This document shows, piece after piece, positions 7,824 through 18,359 of a DNA stretch of 51,896 bases; position 1 is the first letter of the stretch, and each line of letters begins with the position of its first letter. The notes beneath the pieces are model-generated. The model saw only the letters and a program-made list of their open reading frames with translations, ran no database searches and was not told where the DNA came from. The position numbers and the translations under genes are program-made. Origin of the DNA: Gammaproteobacteria bacterium (lineage in GTDB: Bacteria; Pseudomonadota; Gammaproteobacteria; JABDGN01); the NCBI GenBank assembly GCA_013285995.1, contig JABDGN010000006.1, positions 1-51,896 on the forward strand, read 5' to 3'.

Positions 7824-9266
7824 TTATTCTCTAGTAGCGACTTTCTTCAACAAGGCATAATAAAATCCATCATGCCCATTAATTTCTGGTAGCAATTGCC
7901 AATCGGGCGTGGTGCTGGTTTTGCCGGGATGCAGAATGGTTTGTAACGCCGCATCAGTTTGCGCCTGCAGGAATTTTTGAATCAACTCACTATTTTCTAT
8001 GGGCAAAACTGAGCAGGTTGCATACAGCAACAAACCATTGGGTTTTAACAGCGGCCACAGAGCAGTTAATAATTGCCATTGCTGTGCGGCAAATTTTGCA
8101 ATATCACTGGCACGACGCAATAATTTTATATCGGGGTGACGGCGGATCACACCGGTGGCTGAGCAGGGCGCATCTAACAAAATTCTATCGAATAATATTT
8201 TGTCCCACCAACTTTCAGGTTCGCCGGCATCAGCTGGGATAACGTTGGCATTTAATTGTAAACGCGCTAAATTCTCATGGATTTTTTTGGCCCGCAAAGG
8301 TGAGAGTTCCACCGCGGTTAATTGAAGAGTCGGTTCTGTTTCCAGCAAATGACAGGTTTTTCCACCCGGTGCTGCGCAGGCGTCCAATACGCGTTGCTGT
8401 GGTTTTAAATCTAATAAGCTTGCAGCCAGTTGTGCTGCTTCGTCTTGTACAGAAACTTCGCCATCCATAAAACCAGGTAATTCTGGCACGGGAATTGCGT
8501 TACTTAGATAAATGCCGCATTCACTTAAAGGTGCGGCGGTGGCTTGGATAGAAAATCCCCTCCCCGCCTTCGCGGGGACAGGCTCTGTCCCCCCTTTTTC
8601 AAAGGGGGGATTCAGAGGATTTCCCCCTTTAACAAAGGATTCTCCCCCCTTTGAAAAAGGGGGGCAGGGGGGGATTCTTAAAGGGGGATTTAAACTATTT
8701 AATTTCTGTAAATAATCTTCCCGATTTATCTTTTGCACATTCACACGCAGCGTAAACGGCGGTTTCACATTATTCGCCGCACAAATTATTTGCCACTGTT
8801 GCGGATAGGCTGTTTTGAGAGCTTGCAAAATCCAAGTGGGGTGCGCAAATTGTGCAACGTCTTCCGTTTCTGCTTGCGCGACTAAAGTATCGCGTTGACG
8901 TTGAAAATTACGCAATATCGCATTTACTAATTTACTAGCCCAGGCTTTTTTTAATTGTTTGGTCGCTTCCACCGTTTCTGAAATGGCCGCATGGGGGGGC
9001 GTTTCTAAATACAGTAATTGATATAAGCCCACTAAAATTAATACGTGCAAATCCGTGTCTTGTTTACCGAGAGGTTTTTGCAGCAATTGGTTAGCAAAGA
9101 AAGTTAAGCGCGGATAAAAGCGCAACGTGCCATAACACAATTCTTGAATAAACGCGCGATCTTGCGCATTGTTAACAAAGGCATCATTTAGTGCTTCATC
9201 CAAATTGATTTTGTCAATGAGTACTTTACAAAGAACTGTGGCGGCGCGGGCGCGGGAATTGTGCAT
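7824..9266 (-). CDS. rsmB: 16S rRNA m5C967 methyltransferase RsmB with an in-frame 46-aa repeat insertion
   Basis: NusB-like N-terminus, VSVQDEAAQ, LDACAAPGGKT, DAPCSATGVIRRHPDIK, YATCS. Confidence 0.95.
   Translation of the reverse strand: MHNSRARAATVLCKVLIDKINLDEALNDAFVNNAQDRAFIQELCYGTLRFYPRLTFFANQLLQKPLGKQDTDLHVLILVGLYQLLYLETPPHAAISETVEATKQLKKAWASKLVNAILRNFQRQRDTLVAQAETEDVAQFAHPTWILQALKTAYPQQWQIICAANNVKPPFTLRVNVQKINREDYLQKLNSLNPPLRIPPCPPFSKGGESFVKGGNPLNPPFEKGGTEPVPAKAGRGFSIQATAAPLSECGIYLSNAIPVPELPGFMDGEVSVQDEAAQLAASLLDLKPQQRVLDACAAPGGKTCHLLETEPTLQLTAVELSPLRAKKIHENLARLQLNANVIPADAGEPESWWDKILFDRILLDAPCSATGVIRRHPDIKLLRRASDIAKFAAQQWQLLTALWPLLKPNGLLLYATCSVLPIENSELIQKFLQAQTDAALQTILHPGKTSTTPDWQLLPEINGHDGFYYALLKKVATRE
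8553..8690. repeat. Family A palindromic element (138 bp) inside rsmB, with a nested ccccgccttcgcgggg hairpin
   Basis: Same units as the intergenic copies; encodes NPPLRIPPCPPFSKGG..NPPFEKGG..PAKAGRGF. Confidence 0.9.
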
Positions 9267-9303
9267 AAACAAGGAGTCCTATTTTATGTTAAAATTTTAA
9301 CAT

Positions 9304-9843
9304 ATGCAGCCTCATACTATAATTTTACTTCCTGGTTATACCAATTCCGGTCCTGAGCACTGGCAAAGTTTATGGGAAAAGGAACATCCGAATTTCCTAA
9401 GAGTGCAACAGAAGGATTGGGATAATCCAGAATGCACATTATGGGTAGATACTTTAGAAGCTACGCTACAAACCGTGAAATCTCCCGTTATTTTGGTAGG
9501 ACACAGTTGTGGCAGTTTGATGATTATCCATTGGGCTAATCGTTACCATAATCAGTTGGTAAAAGGTGCTTTGATTGTGGCTCCTGCCGATCCGGACAGT
9601 AATAGTTTTCCTTCTGCAGCAATAGGTTTTTCACCTTTGCCACAGAACGCATTGCCGTTTAAAAGTATTGTTGTGTGCAGCAGTAATGATTTATATCTGT
9701 CGGTAACAAAAGCAAGCCATTACGCTAAAGCATGGGGTAGCGAATTGGTCAATATTGGCGATCACGGGCATATTAATACTGCAGCAGGATTAGGGGATTG
9801 GCCACAAGGAAAGAATTTACTCAACCAATTAAAGAAAAGATAA
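9304..9843 (+). CDS. RBBP9/YdeN-family alpha/beta hydrolase
   Basis: PGYTNSGPEHWQSLW, GHSCG nucleophile elbow, GHIN..G.WPQG. Confidence 0.9.
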   Translation: MQPHTIILLPGYTNSGPEHWQSLWEKEHPNFLRVQQKDWDNPECTLWVDTLEATLQTVKSPVILVGHSCGSLMIIHWANRYHNQLVKGALIVAPADPDSNSFPSAAIGFSPLPQNALPFKSIVVCSSNDLYLSVTKASHYAKAWGSELVNIGDHGHINTAAGLGDWPQGKNLLNQLKKR

Positions 9844-9866
9844 AAAAAGAACAAGGGTTTTTTCAT

Positions 9867-10523
9867 ATGTACGAATTCATTCAAGCCGCTTTATTTTGTT
9901 TCGCCGCATTATTTCCGGTATTAAACCCATTTGGTACAGCGGTGATTTTTGTCAGTTTTACGAAAGGCTTATCTAAAAAAGCGATTCATCGTTTAGCGTT
10001 ACGTGTCGCTTTTAACACATTTATTTTATTGCTAGTCGTGTTGTTAGTCGGCACTTGGATTTTGAAAATTTTTGGCATTTCTGTTCCGATTGTGCAAGTA
10101 GCAGGGGGATTAGTGGTCGCTTACATCGCTTGGAGCATGTTGCAAAAACCCAGCGATGATATTGATAAAAAACGCGCTGATGCCAGTGACTATGACGACA
10201 AAAAAATTAATGAGCTGGCGTTTTTTCCACTCACGATGCCCTTCACCGCCGGTCCCGGTGCGATGGCTGTGACGCTTGCCGTCAGTGCGCATGAAATGGG
10301 ACACAATAGTTTAATTCGTATTGCTTCGGGGCAAGTGGCAGCTATCGCTGGTATTTTATTATCAGCCATTGTGGTCTTTATTTGCTATGGTTATGCCGAC
10401 AGGTTGACCAAGCGGCTAGGCGCAACCGGCGAGCGCGTCATTATGCGAATCTTTAGCTTCATTAATTTCTGTATTGGCTTGGAAATTGTTTGGCATGGCG
10501 TGCAGGCGTTGTTGGGGCTATAA
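9867..10523 (+). CDS. marC: MarC-family membrane protein
   Basis: NPFG, FGIS..QVAGG, FFPLTMPFTAGPG. Confidence 0.9.
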   Translation: MYEFIQAALFCFAALFPVLNPFGTAVIFVSFTKGLSKKAIHRLALRVAFNTFILLLVVLLVGTWILKIFGISVPIVQVAGGLVVAYIAWSMLQKPSDDIDKKRADASDYDDKKINELAFFPLTMPFTAGPGAMAVTLAVSAHEMGHNSLIRIASGQVAAIAGILLSAIVVFICYGYADRLTKRLGATGERVIMRIFSFINFCIGLEIVWHGVQALLGL

Positions 10524-10549
10524 CTTATTAAGTTAAATAACACAAAAAA

Positions 10550-10594
10550 TTGACTTTTTGACGAAATTTCGTTAAAATATCGATAAATTTATCG
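10550..10594 (+). promoter_or_regulatory. sigma70 promoter with two overlapping palindromic operators
   Basis: TTGACT-17 nt-TAAAAT; palindromes cgaaatttcg (10562) and cgataaatttatcg (10581). Confidence 0.55.
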
Positions 10595-10608
10595 TTATCG
10601 GTGCCAAA

Positions 10609-11799
10609 ATGTTAATTTCTTTTAGTGTGAAAAATTTTGCTTCTATTAAAGAGAAAATAACTCTACAGTTTGCTCATATGGGCAAAGAAGAACAAAGTGG
10701 TTTGTATTTTCGTGAACACGATTTAAATTTTTCTAAAGCCGTTTTAATTGCTGGTGGCAATGGTTCTGGTAAAACGAACATTTTGAAAGCTTTGCGTTTT
10801 TTAATTGGATTTATAAGTTTTTCTTTTTACAATAAACAACCTCAACTGCCCTATCAGACGTATTTTGACGATAAAAGCCAACTGACTGAATTAGAAATTG
10901 AGTTCGTTTTTGAAAAGCATCGCTACCGTTATATTTTGCATTGTAGTCCAACTACGGTTTTCTATGAAGCGTTATTCATAAAAAAATCCAGCTTTAATTT
11001 TATTTTTAAACGTACTTGGGATCCGCAGACGGAAGCTTATACTATTTCCAAGAAAAATCATTCCGATCCAGTTATACAATTTACTTGGCCACGTGAAGCA
11101 AAATTAAGAAACAATGCCTCACTCATTTCTACTGCAGTACAATTTAATCAAGATTTTTCTGTTAGACTGAAAGCTTATTTCGAAAAATATCAAGGTAATG
11201 TAGATTTCTTGGGGAAAGTAGACTTTGATTTAGCTGATGTTTCCAAATTTTATTTTGAAAATAAAGATATTAAAGAACAAATGAGTCAGCTTTTAAGCCA
11301 ATTGGATCTGGGATTGTCTGCTATTGATGTTGTAAAACTCAATACGCCACCAACGGAGAAACAAGAGGTATATATACCTTATGGTACACACATTGTTGCA
11401 GGAAAATCCTTTAATTTAGGTTTGGCGGTTGAGTCTGGGGGGACTAGAAAACTCTATACTTTGTGCTCTGCTATTTTACCTGCCTTAATTCAGGGCAGTG
11501 TAGTTATTATTGATGAACTGGATGCGGAGTTGCATCCCATGATGGTTGAAAAAATAGTTCAGCTATTTTTAAGCGAAAGGAGCAACCCTCATCATGCACA
11601 GTTAATTTTTATTTCTCATTGCCTACAGCCACTTAATATGTTGGATAAGGAACAAATTGTTTTAGTAGAAAAAGACGAAACATTAAATACTTCCGCCTGG
11701 CATTTAAGTGATACAGAGGACGTGCGTAATGATCAGAATTTTCTAAAAAAATATTTATCGGGTACATATGGAGCAGTGCCACATATTGGATTAATTTAA
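10609..11799 (+). CDS. AAA_21/AbiEii-like ABC-type ATPase (RloA-like)
   Basis: MLISFSVKNFASIK, GGNGSGKTN, ESGGTRK, IIDELD..LHP, QLIFISH, YLSGTYGAVP. Confidence 0.88.
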   Translation: MLISFSVKNFASIKEKITLQFAHMGKEEQSGLYFREHDLNFSKAVLIAGGNGSGKTNILKALRFLIGFISFSFYNKQPQLPYQTYFDDKSQLTELEIEFVFEKHRYRYILHCSPTTVFYEALFIKKSSFNFIFKRTWDPQTEAYTISKKNHSDPVIQFTWPREAKLRNNASLISTAVQFNQDFSVRLKAYFEKYQGNVDFLGKVDFDLADVSKFYFENKDIKEQMSQLLSQLDLGLSAIDVVKLNTPPTEKQEVYIPYGTHIVAGKSFNLGLAVESGGTRKLYTLCSAILPALIQGSVVIIDELDAELHPMMVEKIVQLFLSERSNPHHAQLIFISHCLQPLNMLDKEQIVLVEKDETLNTSAWHLSDTEDVRNDQNFLKKYLSGTYGAVPHIGLI

Positions 11800-12347
11800 T
11801 GCTAGCCAAATCGAATTACAAACACAAAAGTAATATAACCAAACTGGTTGGTGTGGAAGGAGAAGACGGGCCTATTTTTATCGAACATCTAAAAAACCTT
11901 TATACTAATAGAAAGAGCTTGGTCCAAGTTACTGTTTATCCTGCTGGTGGTGGTTCAGTTCAAGATATTATTAATCGCACGGCTAAAAAATTTGCAATGG
12001 CTGATTATAGCCAAGGTTTTTGTATTATTGATGACGACAGGGATGAATGGAAAAGGTGGCAAGGCAAAATTAAAAATGATGCTACCGAAAAGGGCATTCA
12101 AGAAATTATTGCTTTGCAGCCTATTTGTCTGGAGTGCTTTTTATTAGGATTACTTAATGAAAAAACATGTAATTCTAGCAAAGATTGTAAATCTGCTTTT
12201 AAACGGATTTTTAAAACAGAAAGGAAAGTTGATTTTGACAATCAATTTATTGCCCGCCGCTTCCCTAAACAGCTTATTGAGCAGCAAAGAAAGAAAAATC
12301 AACTGCTCGATTATATTATAAAAACTCTATTCGAACGAGGTATCTAA
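11799..12347 (+). CDS. RloB-like TOPRIM protein
   Basis: VGVEGED, CIIDDD, PICLECFLL; 1-nt overlap with the ATPase stop codon. Confidence 0.75.
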   Translation: MLAKSNYKHKSNITKLVGVEGEDGPIFIEHLKNLYTNRKSLVQVTVYPAGGGSVQDIINRTAKKFAMADYSQGFCIIDDDRDEWKRWQGKIKNDATEKGIQEIIALQPICLECFLLGLLNEKTCNSSKDCKSAFKRIFKTERKVDFDNQFIARRFPKQLIEQQRKKNQLLDYIIKTLFERGI

Positions 12348-14174
12348 ATGTGTGGCATCATCGGCGCGGTAGCGCAACGTAATGTAGAAGCGATTTTAGT
12401 CGCAGGTTTAAAACGCTTGGAATATCGGGGTTATGATTCCGCTGGGTTAGCGCTGATTGATGCACAAGAAGAAATTGTGCGAGCACGCGTTGAAGGCAAA
12501 GTAGATTTATTAGCCGCGCAACTGAAACAGCATCCCTTGCATGGTCACACTGGCATTGCGCATACACGTTGGGCCACGCATGGCGCTCCATCGGAAAAAA
12601 ATGCGCATCCACATATGTCGGGCAGTGATTTTGCTTTGGTGCACAATGGCATTATCGAAAATTATAGCGAATTACGCGAAGAGTTAATTAAGCTGGGTTA
12701 TGTGTTTAATTCGCAAACCGACACTGAAGTTATCGTTCATCTATTAGCAGAACAATATAAAGGATCTAAGGATCTGTTAACTGCGGTTAAACAAACTATT
12801 GAACGTTTACACGGCGCATTTGCCTTGGCAATTTTATATCGCCCGGAGCCGCAGCATATTATTGCCGTACGCAAGGGCAGCCCTTTGGTGATTGGTTTAG
12901 GGATTGAAGAAAATTTCTTAGCGTCTGATCAATTAGCTTTATTGCCCGTGACACAAGAATTTATTTATTTGGAAGAGGGCGATATTGCCGATTTACACGC
13001 TGATAAAGTGTTGATTTATGATGCACACGGTAAATCCGTGGAGCGTAAAATTCAGCATTCGGATTTGCAACATCAATCCGTCGAACGCGGTGCCTATCGT
13101 CATTTTATGTTGAAAGAAATTTTTGAGCAACCGATCGCGATTAGCAATACTTTAGAAGGACGCATTATTAACAGTCAAGTGCCCGATGAAATTTTTGGTG
13201 TGCACGCGAGTAAAACATTTGAAAAAATAAAGCAAGTACAAATTGTGGCGTGCGGTACGAGTTACCATGCCGGTTTAGTGGCGCGCTATTGGTTGGAAAG
13301 CATGGCGCGCATTCCTTGTCGCGTGGAAGTGGCGAGTGAGATTCGCTATCGCAATCCGGTTGTGCAAGCAGGCACTTTATTTGTGACGCTGTCACAATCG
13401 GGTGAAACAGCCGATACTTTAGCCGCATTACGCGAAGCAAAAAAAACCGGTTATGCCGCAACACTGGCGATTTGCAATGTGCCACAAAGTTCGCTAGTGC
13501 GCGAATCCGATTTGGTGTTATTAACACGCGCCGGTCCTGAAATTGGCGTGGCATCTACCAAAGCCTTTACCACGCAGTTGGTGGCCTTATTATTATTGAC
13601 CATCGTGTTAGGTCGTCGGCATGGTTTAACAAATGAAAAAGTTTTACTCAGTGAACTGCAACAATTGCCACGCTTATTGGAAGAGACTTTAACATTAGCC
13701 AAACCGATTGAAAAATTAGCCGAGCAATTTGTGTTAAAAAATAATAGTTTATTTTTAGGTCGCGGCGCGCAATACCCCATCGCCTTAGAAGGCGCGCTCA
13801 AATTAAAAGAAATTTCGTACATTCATGCTGAAGCTTATCCGGCGGGTGAATTAAAACATGGGCCTTTGGCCCTCATCGATGAAGACATGCCGGTGATTGC
13901 CATTGCGCCGAACGATGATTTATTAGAAAAATTAAAATCCAATTTGCAAGAAGTACGGGCACGGGGTGGAAAATTATTTGTGTTTGCCGACGCGATCGTT
14001 GCGATCGAAAAACACCCTGATATTCAAATTATCACTGTGCCAAGCGTTTCAGCAGTGATTGCCTCGATTGTTTACACTATTCCAATGCAATTACTAGCCT
14101 ATTATGTTGCATACCTCAAAGGTACTGATATCGATAAACCACGTAATTTAGCCAAGTCGGTGACGGTGGAGTAA
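12348..14174 (+). CDS. glmS: Glutamine--fructose-6-phosphate aminotransferase
   Basis: [36 protein letters not shown]. Confidence 0.99.
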   Translation: MCGIIGAVAQRNVEAILVAGLKRLEYRGYDSAGLALIDAQEEIVRARVEGKVDLLAAQLKQHPLHGHTGIAHTRWATHGAPSEKNAHPHMSGSDFALVHNGIIENYSELREELIKLGYVFNSQTDTEVIVHLLAEQYKGSKDLLTAVKQTIERLHGAFALAILYRPEPQHIIAVRKGSPLVIGLGIEENFLASDQLALLPVTQEFIYLEEGDIADLHADKVLIYDAHGKSVERKIQHSDLQHQSVERGAYRHFMLKEIFEQPIAISNTLEGRIINSQVPDEIFGVHASKTFEKIKQVQIVACGTSYHAGLVARYWLESMARIPCRVEVASEIRYRNPVVQAGTLFVTLSQSGETADTLAALREAKKTGYAATLAICNVPQSSLVRESDLVLLTRAGPEIGVASTKAFTTQLVALLLLTIVLGRRHGLTNEKVLLSELQQLPRLLEETLTLAKPIEKLAEQFVLKNNSLFLGRGAQYPIALEGALKLKEISYIHAEAYPAGELKHGPLALIDEDMPVIAIAPNDDLLEKLKSNLQEVRARGGKLFVFADAIVAIEKHPDIQIITVPSVSAVIASIVYTIPMQLLAYYVAYLKGTDIDKPRNLAKSVTVE

Positions 14175-14176
14175 GA

Positions 14177-15607
14177 TTACAATAGGGTGCAACAAGAAGA
14201 GGGCCTAGGTGGTGGTGGTGGTAATGGCTTCTTTTCTTGCTGTAACCCTGCGGGTATCGATGAGCTTGTACCTACTGGAAGTGCTTGTAATTTGCCAGGT
14301 AGTGAAACCGTAAAATCATAAGCTCCCAACGCCGTGGCGTCGAGTTTGGGTCGTTGCGGTGGAACAGAGCTTCCAAGCTGCGTTATCAGTTGTTCCAACT
14401 TCGGCAATATAAGATTTTTCAATGGGGTACCAAAGTAATAATTTAGTCCCGGTAATTTAATTTTGCACATGATGGCTATGAGGTAAACTACCTGCTTTCC
14501 CGGTTTTGATAAACGGCTAGCGGGAGCCAATAATTCGTTCAATAGGTTGGTTACTCTCAATTTGCGATCTTGCAAAAAATCACGTAAGACATTTATTGAC
14601 TGACGCAGGGTGTCAACATTAACAGGGTTGTGCAGTCCATGGCTAAAATAAGCTGCAGGAAAAAAGAATGACAGCAAAATGATTCCTAATGCATAATAGT
14701 CTGATGAAACATCTGTCTGATAATTAAGTTGGCAAGCATCAGGATCAGCGTAAAGCGGATCGCCTCTTGGTTCGTCAACAATGCTCCCTATAGGCAGAGT
14801 AAAATCTGTATCAATGTATGCTAACTCATAATATACATATCCATATCTGTCCCAGTAGTGGATCATAATATTTTCTGGTTTTACATCACCATGCCGCAAA
14901 CCTTTCTGGTGGAAATCATTATCCAGCGCGACTACTGAAGAGTAAGCTATTTGTAATTGGGTCAGTCTATTTAAAGGATCCTTATCGTTTGCCATTAATA
15001 CGTCAAGAAACTCGATGCCCAGCGCTAATTTTTGCAGGACGTAGTGTTTGCGTACGGGATTGATTCGAGTCCAAGTCAAAGCTTGGTTTCTGGTTGCAAT
15101 AGTTCCATCTGTCAATAAATCTTCTTCAAATAAACGTTGTAAAATTCCTTGATTAGCGAATAGATATTGCCCGGTGTCAGGGTGAAAACAATGTGCTTTA
15201 TCGCTGATTTTTAAAATATTCCACGAGCTTCCTTTAATAAATAAAGCTGGCTCGCCAGTGGCTGACAAACAAAAATGGACGGGAGCTAATAATTTCACAT
15301 GTCCACAAACACCGGATGGATTACTACGATCTTGCTTGGATGAATTTTTTTGCGAAACGACCAGATAAAACTGTGTCTTTACTCTGTGTAATGAGCATTG
15401 GTATGGAATACCTTCTGGGTCTATTACCCGGCTGTTTTCTAATTTGATTTTTTGCAAGGAGGGTGTATGGTACAACTCTAAAATATTTGCTTGATCAATC
15501 GCATTTAAATTTTTTAATATGTGATAGGCAGTATGGATAGTAGATGTTTTTTTAGCATTAGCTTTCTCTATGTCAGCATTGATAACATCTTCCGGTGCGG
15601 ACGGCAT
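14177..15607 (-). CDS. Eukaryote-like Ser/Thr kinase, candidate effector with a C-terminal CaaX motif
   Basis: HGDVKPENIMI, IDTDF, GDPLY, SDYYALG; polyproline then SSCCTLL-stop. Confidence 0.7.
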   Translation of the reverse strand: MPSAPEDVINADIEKANAKKTSTIHTAYHILKNLNAIDQANILELYHTPSLQKIKLENSRVIDPEGIPYQCSLHRVKTQFYLVVSQKNSSKQDRSNPSGVCGHVKLLAPVHFCLSATGEPALFIKGSSWNILKISDKAHCFHPDTGQYLFANQGILQRLFEEDLLTDGTIATRNQALTWTRINPVRKHYVLQKLALGIEFLDVLMANDKDPLNRLTQLQIAYSSVVALDNDFHQKGLRHGDVKPENIMIHYWDRYGYVYYELAYIDTDFTLPIGSIVDEPRGDPLYADPDACQLNYQTDVSSDYYALGIILLSFFFPAAYFSHGLHNPVNVDTLRQSINVLRDFLQDRKLRVTNLLNELLAPASRLSKPGKQVVYLIAIMCKIKLPGLNYYFGTPLKNLILPKLEQLITQLGSSVPPQRPKLDATALGAYDFTVSLPGKLQALPVGTSSSIPAGLQQEKKPLPPPPPRPSSCCTLL

Positions 15608-15651
15608 ATCTCATTTCCTCTTATTAGTATTAGATGCAAGAAGTATAGCTA

Positions 15652-16293
15652 TTAATCAGAAATTTGCTGTGAAATTATTCCAAACGCATGCCAATCATCG
15701 TCTGGCATCACAGGCTTGCCCGCTTGCACATTTTTGCTGGCGTAAGCTGGGGTGTAGGCAAGGAGTTCGGTTGGGTCAAAATTGTTTTCTTTTTTATAAA
15801 AACGCGCTAAGCTAAAATCAATTAATTTAATCTTGCTATTAGTTTGCAAAATAATATTGCCCGGCTTCACATCGCCGTGCACAATGCCTTGCCCATGCAG
15901 ATAATTTAGCGCTGCTTTTAATTGCCGCAAGATAGTTGTGCGTGATTGCTGAGTCGCAAAATAAATTTCTGCTTGCTGCAAAGCTTGTTTAAGTGTAACA
16001 CCGCCAACATATTCCAGAATTATTTTACTCGCATCATGTTTGAGTAATTGAACGATAGCGGGATGATTTAATTGTCCTAAAATTTCAGCTTCATGTTGCA
16101 ACGCTATTGCGGCTTTAGGATGCGCGGCAAACTCTTCACTTATTATTTTAATCACCACCTGATTTTTATTATCCTGCCAATCTTGTGCAAGATAAACCGC
16201 TGTCATGCCGCCTTCACCTAATTTGCGTTCAATCAGGTAGCACGCGTCGATAAAATCGCCGATATGGATGGGTTGGTGAGAAGAGACAGGCAT
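15652..16293 (-). CDS. Short Hanks-type Ser/Thr protein kinase
   Basis: LGEGGMTAVY, VVIK, HGDVKPGN, IDFSLA, YTPAYAS. Confidence 0.88.
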   Translation of the reverse strand: MPVSSHQPIHIGDFIDACYLIERKLGEGGMTAVYLAQDWQDNKNQVVIKIISEEFAAHPKAAIALQHEAEILGQLNHPAIVQLLKHDASKIILEYVGGVTLKQALQQAEIYFATQQSRTTILRQLKAALNYLHGQGIVHGDVKPGNIILQTNSKIKLIDFSLARFYKKENNFDPTELLAYTPAYASKNVQAGKPVMPDDDWHAFGIISQQISD

Positions 16294-16412
16294 TTCTAAA
16301 GAATAGACGGTTATATGGCAATTGTAAAATACAGGATTATTTGCATAATATGCAATGATATATTAAGAGTCACCGGCAAGGAGATGCCGTGGTAAGTTTT
16401 GCTAAAATTCAG

Positions 16413-17573
16413 CTAGCTATTTTTCTGAAGATAATTAGCAATCAGTTTTAAGGCGGTATCAATATCTGTTGAACTATTATAAATATGCGGAGAAAGCCGA
16501 AACCCTCCGGCACCACGGTAATCAACTGACAGATGATTGTCAGTAAAGAAACCTTGTGCCTTAGCCGGATTTGGCAATTTGACTGTGACAGTAGGGCCGC
16601 GTTGTTCATCTAAAACCGGGCAAGTTAATGATAAATCTAATGCCTGCAATCCACTGATAAGCTTTTGCGATAGCAGTTGATTATGCTGATAAATAGATTC
16701 TATGCCAATTTCTAGCATCGTTTTTATACCTTCATTAGCAACCACAAAAGGTATCACGGAGGGCGTGCCTCCCCAAAAACGTCGCGCATCTTTTGCGTAT
16801 TCAAAACGATAAACATCAAATTCAAAAGGATCTTTGTGAGAGAACCAGCCTACTGGTTTTGGCTCGAAATTTTCTAAAGAATTTTCATTAGCCCATAAAA
16901 AGCCTGCGCCTGGCCCACCACATAACCACTTAATTGAAGAACCTACTACAAAATCAGCATTCCAAGTATTAACATGAATAGGTAATACCCCTACTGTTTG
17001 CGCAACATCGACGATACTATAAATACCTTTCGCACGTGCCATTTGTAATATTTCAGTTATTGGATAACGAAACGAATTAGTAGAAGTTGCGTGAGTTAGT
17101 AAAATAAGTTGCACATCTTCTTGTAAAACTTGCTCCCAGATTTTCAGCACATCTGCGTAGGCATTGGTATCATTTTCTAAAAATTGCATTTCATAGATGC
17201 CTTTACCTCCAACTGATAAAGCAAATCCTGTCGACGGAAAAGCAGATGTTGAAATAATAATTTTTTGACGATTTGCACGTAGCGGCAAGGCACTTAATAT
17301 TTTATAAGTTGCTACAGAGATATTAACTTGGGGACAAATTTCAGTAATTTTACCGTGTAATACTCCGGCTATATTGCGGCGAAATAATTCGAGTGAGTCT
17401 AACCAATCATGCCATGCATGAGTGCCAGTATTTTTCCAAGGAGTAAAAAAATGATCGGTCACTGTTTGTTGCGCAGCTTTTGGCAAGCATCCTACTGCAT
17501 GGGAAGCTAAATAAATTCCATCCGGGATATGAAATAAATCCTGATAAGAATTATTGATAGGGTGATGAGCCAC
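16413..17573 (-). CDS. Class V PLP enzyme, kynureninase/PvdN-like
   Basis: DVAQTVG, GSSIKWLCGGPGAGF, GWFSH, FWGGTP, RLSPHIYN; overlaps the TDO gene. Confidence 0.8.
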   Translation of the reverse strand: MAHHPINNSYQDLFHIPDGIYLASHAVGCLPKAAQQTVTDHFFTPWKNTGTHAWHDWLDSLELFRRNIAGVLHGKITEICPQVNISVATYKILSALPLRANRQKIIISTSAFPSTGFALSVGGKGIYEMQFLENDTNAYADVLKIWEQVLQEDVQLILLTHATSTNSFRYPITEILQMARAKGIYSIVDVAQTVGVLPIHVNTWNADFVVGSSIKWLCGGPGAGFLWANENSLENFEPKPVGWFSHKDPFEFDVYRFEYAKDARRFWGGTPSVIPFVVANEGIKTMLEIGIESIYQHNQLLSQKLISGLQALDLSLTCPVLDEQRGPTVTVKLPNPAKAQGFFTDNHLSVDYRGAGGFRLSPHIYNSSTDIDTALKLIANYLQKNS

Positions 17574-18276
17574 GGCGTCTCGTCCACTGTTCTGTCATTT
17601 GAGTGCGAATATTCCACAATTCGGGGAAAAAATTGCGGCTGGCACTTATGCTTAAGGCATCCGTTGAACGACCTTTTAAAGAAGTTGCACGTGGTCCAAT
17701 TGTGCGCTCTACCAAACGTAAATGGCTATAGAGAAATTCTTGGAAATTAGAATCAAACTCAATTAATTGTTCCGCTATGAGATAAGCATCACAATGATTA
17801 TATTTTGTATCATAAATTTGTTCTATAGTTAAATCAGCTTTTTCTAAATAATGTTTTTTGAAGGTTTGCCACAAAGGAGCAGGCATTTGTAATAATATTT
17901 TAAAACCAGGAGATTCTTGCCCACTACCATTGCCTAACAAAGCACGAATTGGAAAATATTCTTTAGGCGACATCGTTTCGAGCATGCTTAATTGATCGAT
18001 CATTAAGCGTTGGATTTTATGCGCACGACGAAACAAAGTTAGAACACGATTAGTATTTTCTTTTACTAAATAACTGTCAATTTGTAATAATGTATAAGCC
18101 AGTAATTTCATCCATAACTCTTCACTTTGATGTACAATTTGAAATTGTAATTCATCAGGGAGAAGGTCAGCCACTTTCTTTTGCGCAGTCAACAACTGAG
18201 TTGTATTTAAGTATTTTTCATAGTCGGTGTTATCACTATGCGTTTCGAGGAGTTGGTGGAATAGTTTCTTATTCAT
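17551..18276 (-). CDS. Tryptophan 2,3-dioxygenase family protein
   Basis: DYEKYL..LL, DELQFQIVHQSEELWMK, GNGSGQESPGF, VERTIG, FFPELW. Confidence 0.9.
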   Translation of the reverse strand: MNKKLFHQLLETHSDNTDYEKYLNTTQLLTAQKKVADLLPDELQFQIVHQSEELWMKLLAYTLLQIDSYLVKENTNRVLTLFRRAHKIQRLMIDQLSMLETMSPKEYFPIRALLGNGSGQESPGFKILLQMPAPLWQTFKKHYLEKADLTIEQIYDTKYNHCDAYLIAEQLIEFDSNFQEFLYSHLRLVERTIGPRATSLKGRSTDALSISASRNFFPELWNIRTQMTEQWTRRRGSSPYQ

Positions 18277-18359
18277 AGCTGATAGAGTATAATGTGTTCA
18301 CTTTTTTGCTTAATATATTTATTTCTGACTCAAAGGTCAAGGGTTCTTAAGGGGGACAT

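Noticed and set aside
8512-8715. Self-splicing intron or intein in rsmB
   Set aside because: Too short, with no intein terminal residues or group I/II motifs; it matches the intergenic repeat family
14140-14230. Tn7 insertion at attTn7 downstream of glmS
   Set aside because: The glmS end is canonical, but the next gene's stop follows within 3 nt; no Tn7 end repeats or tns genes were seen
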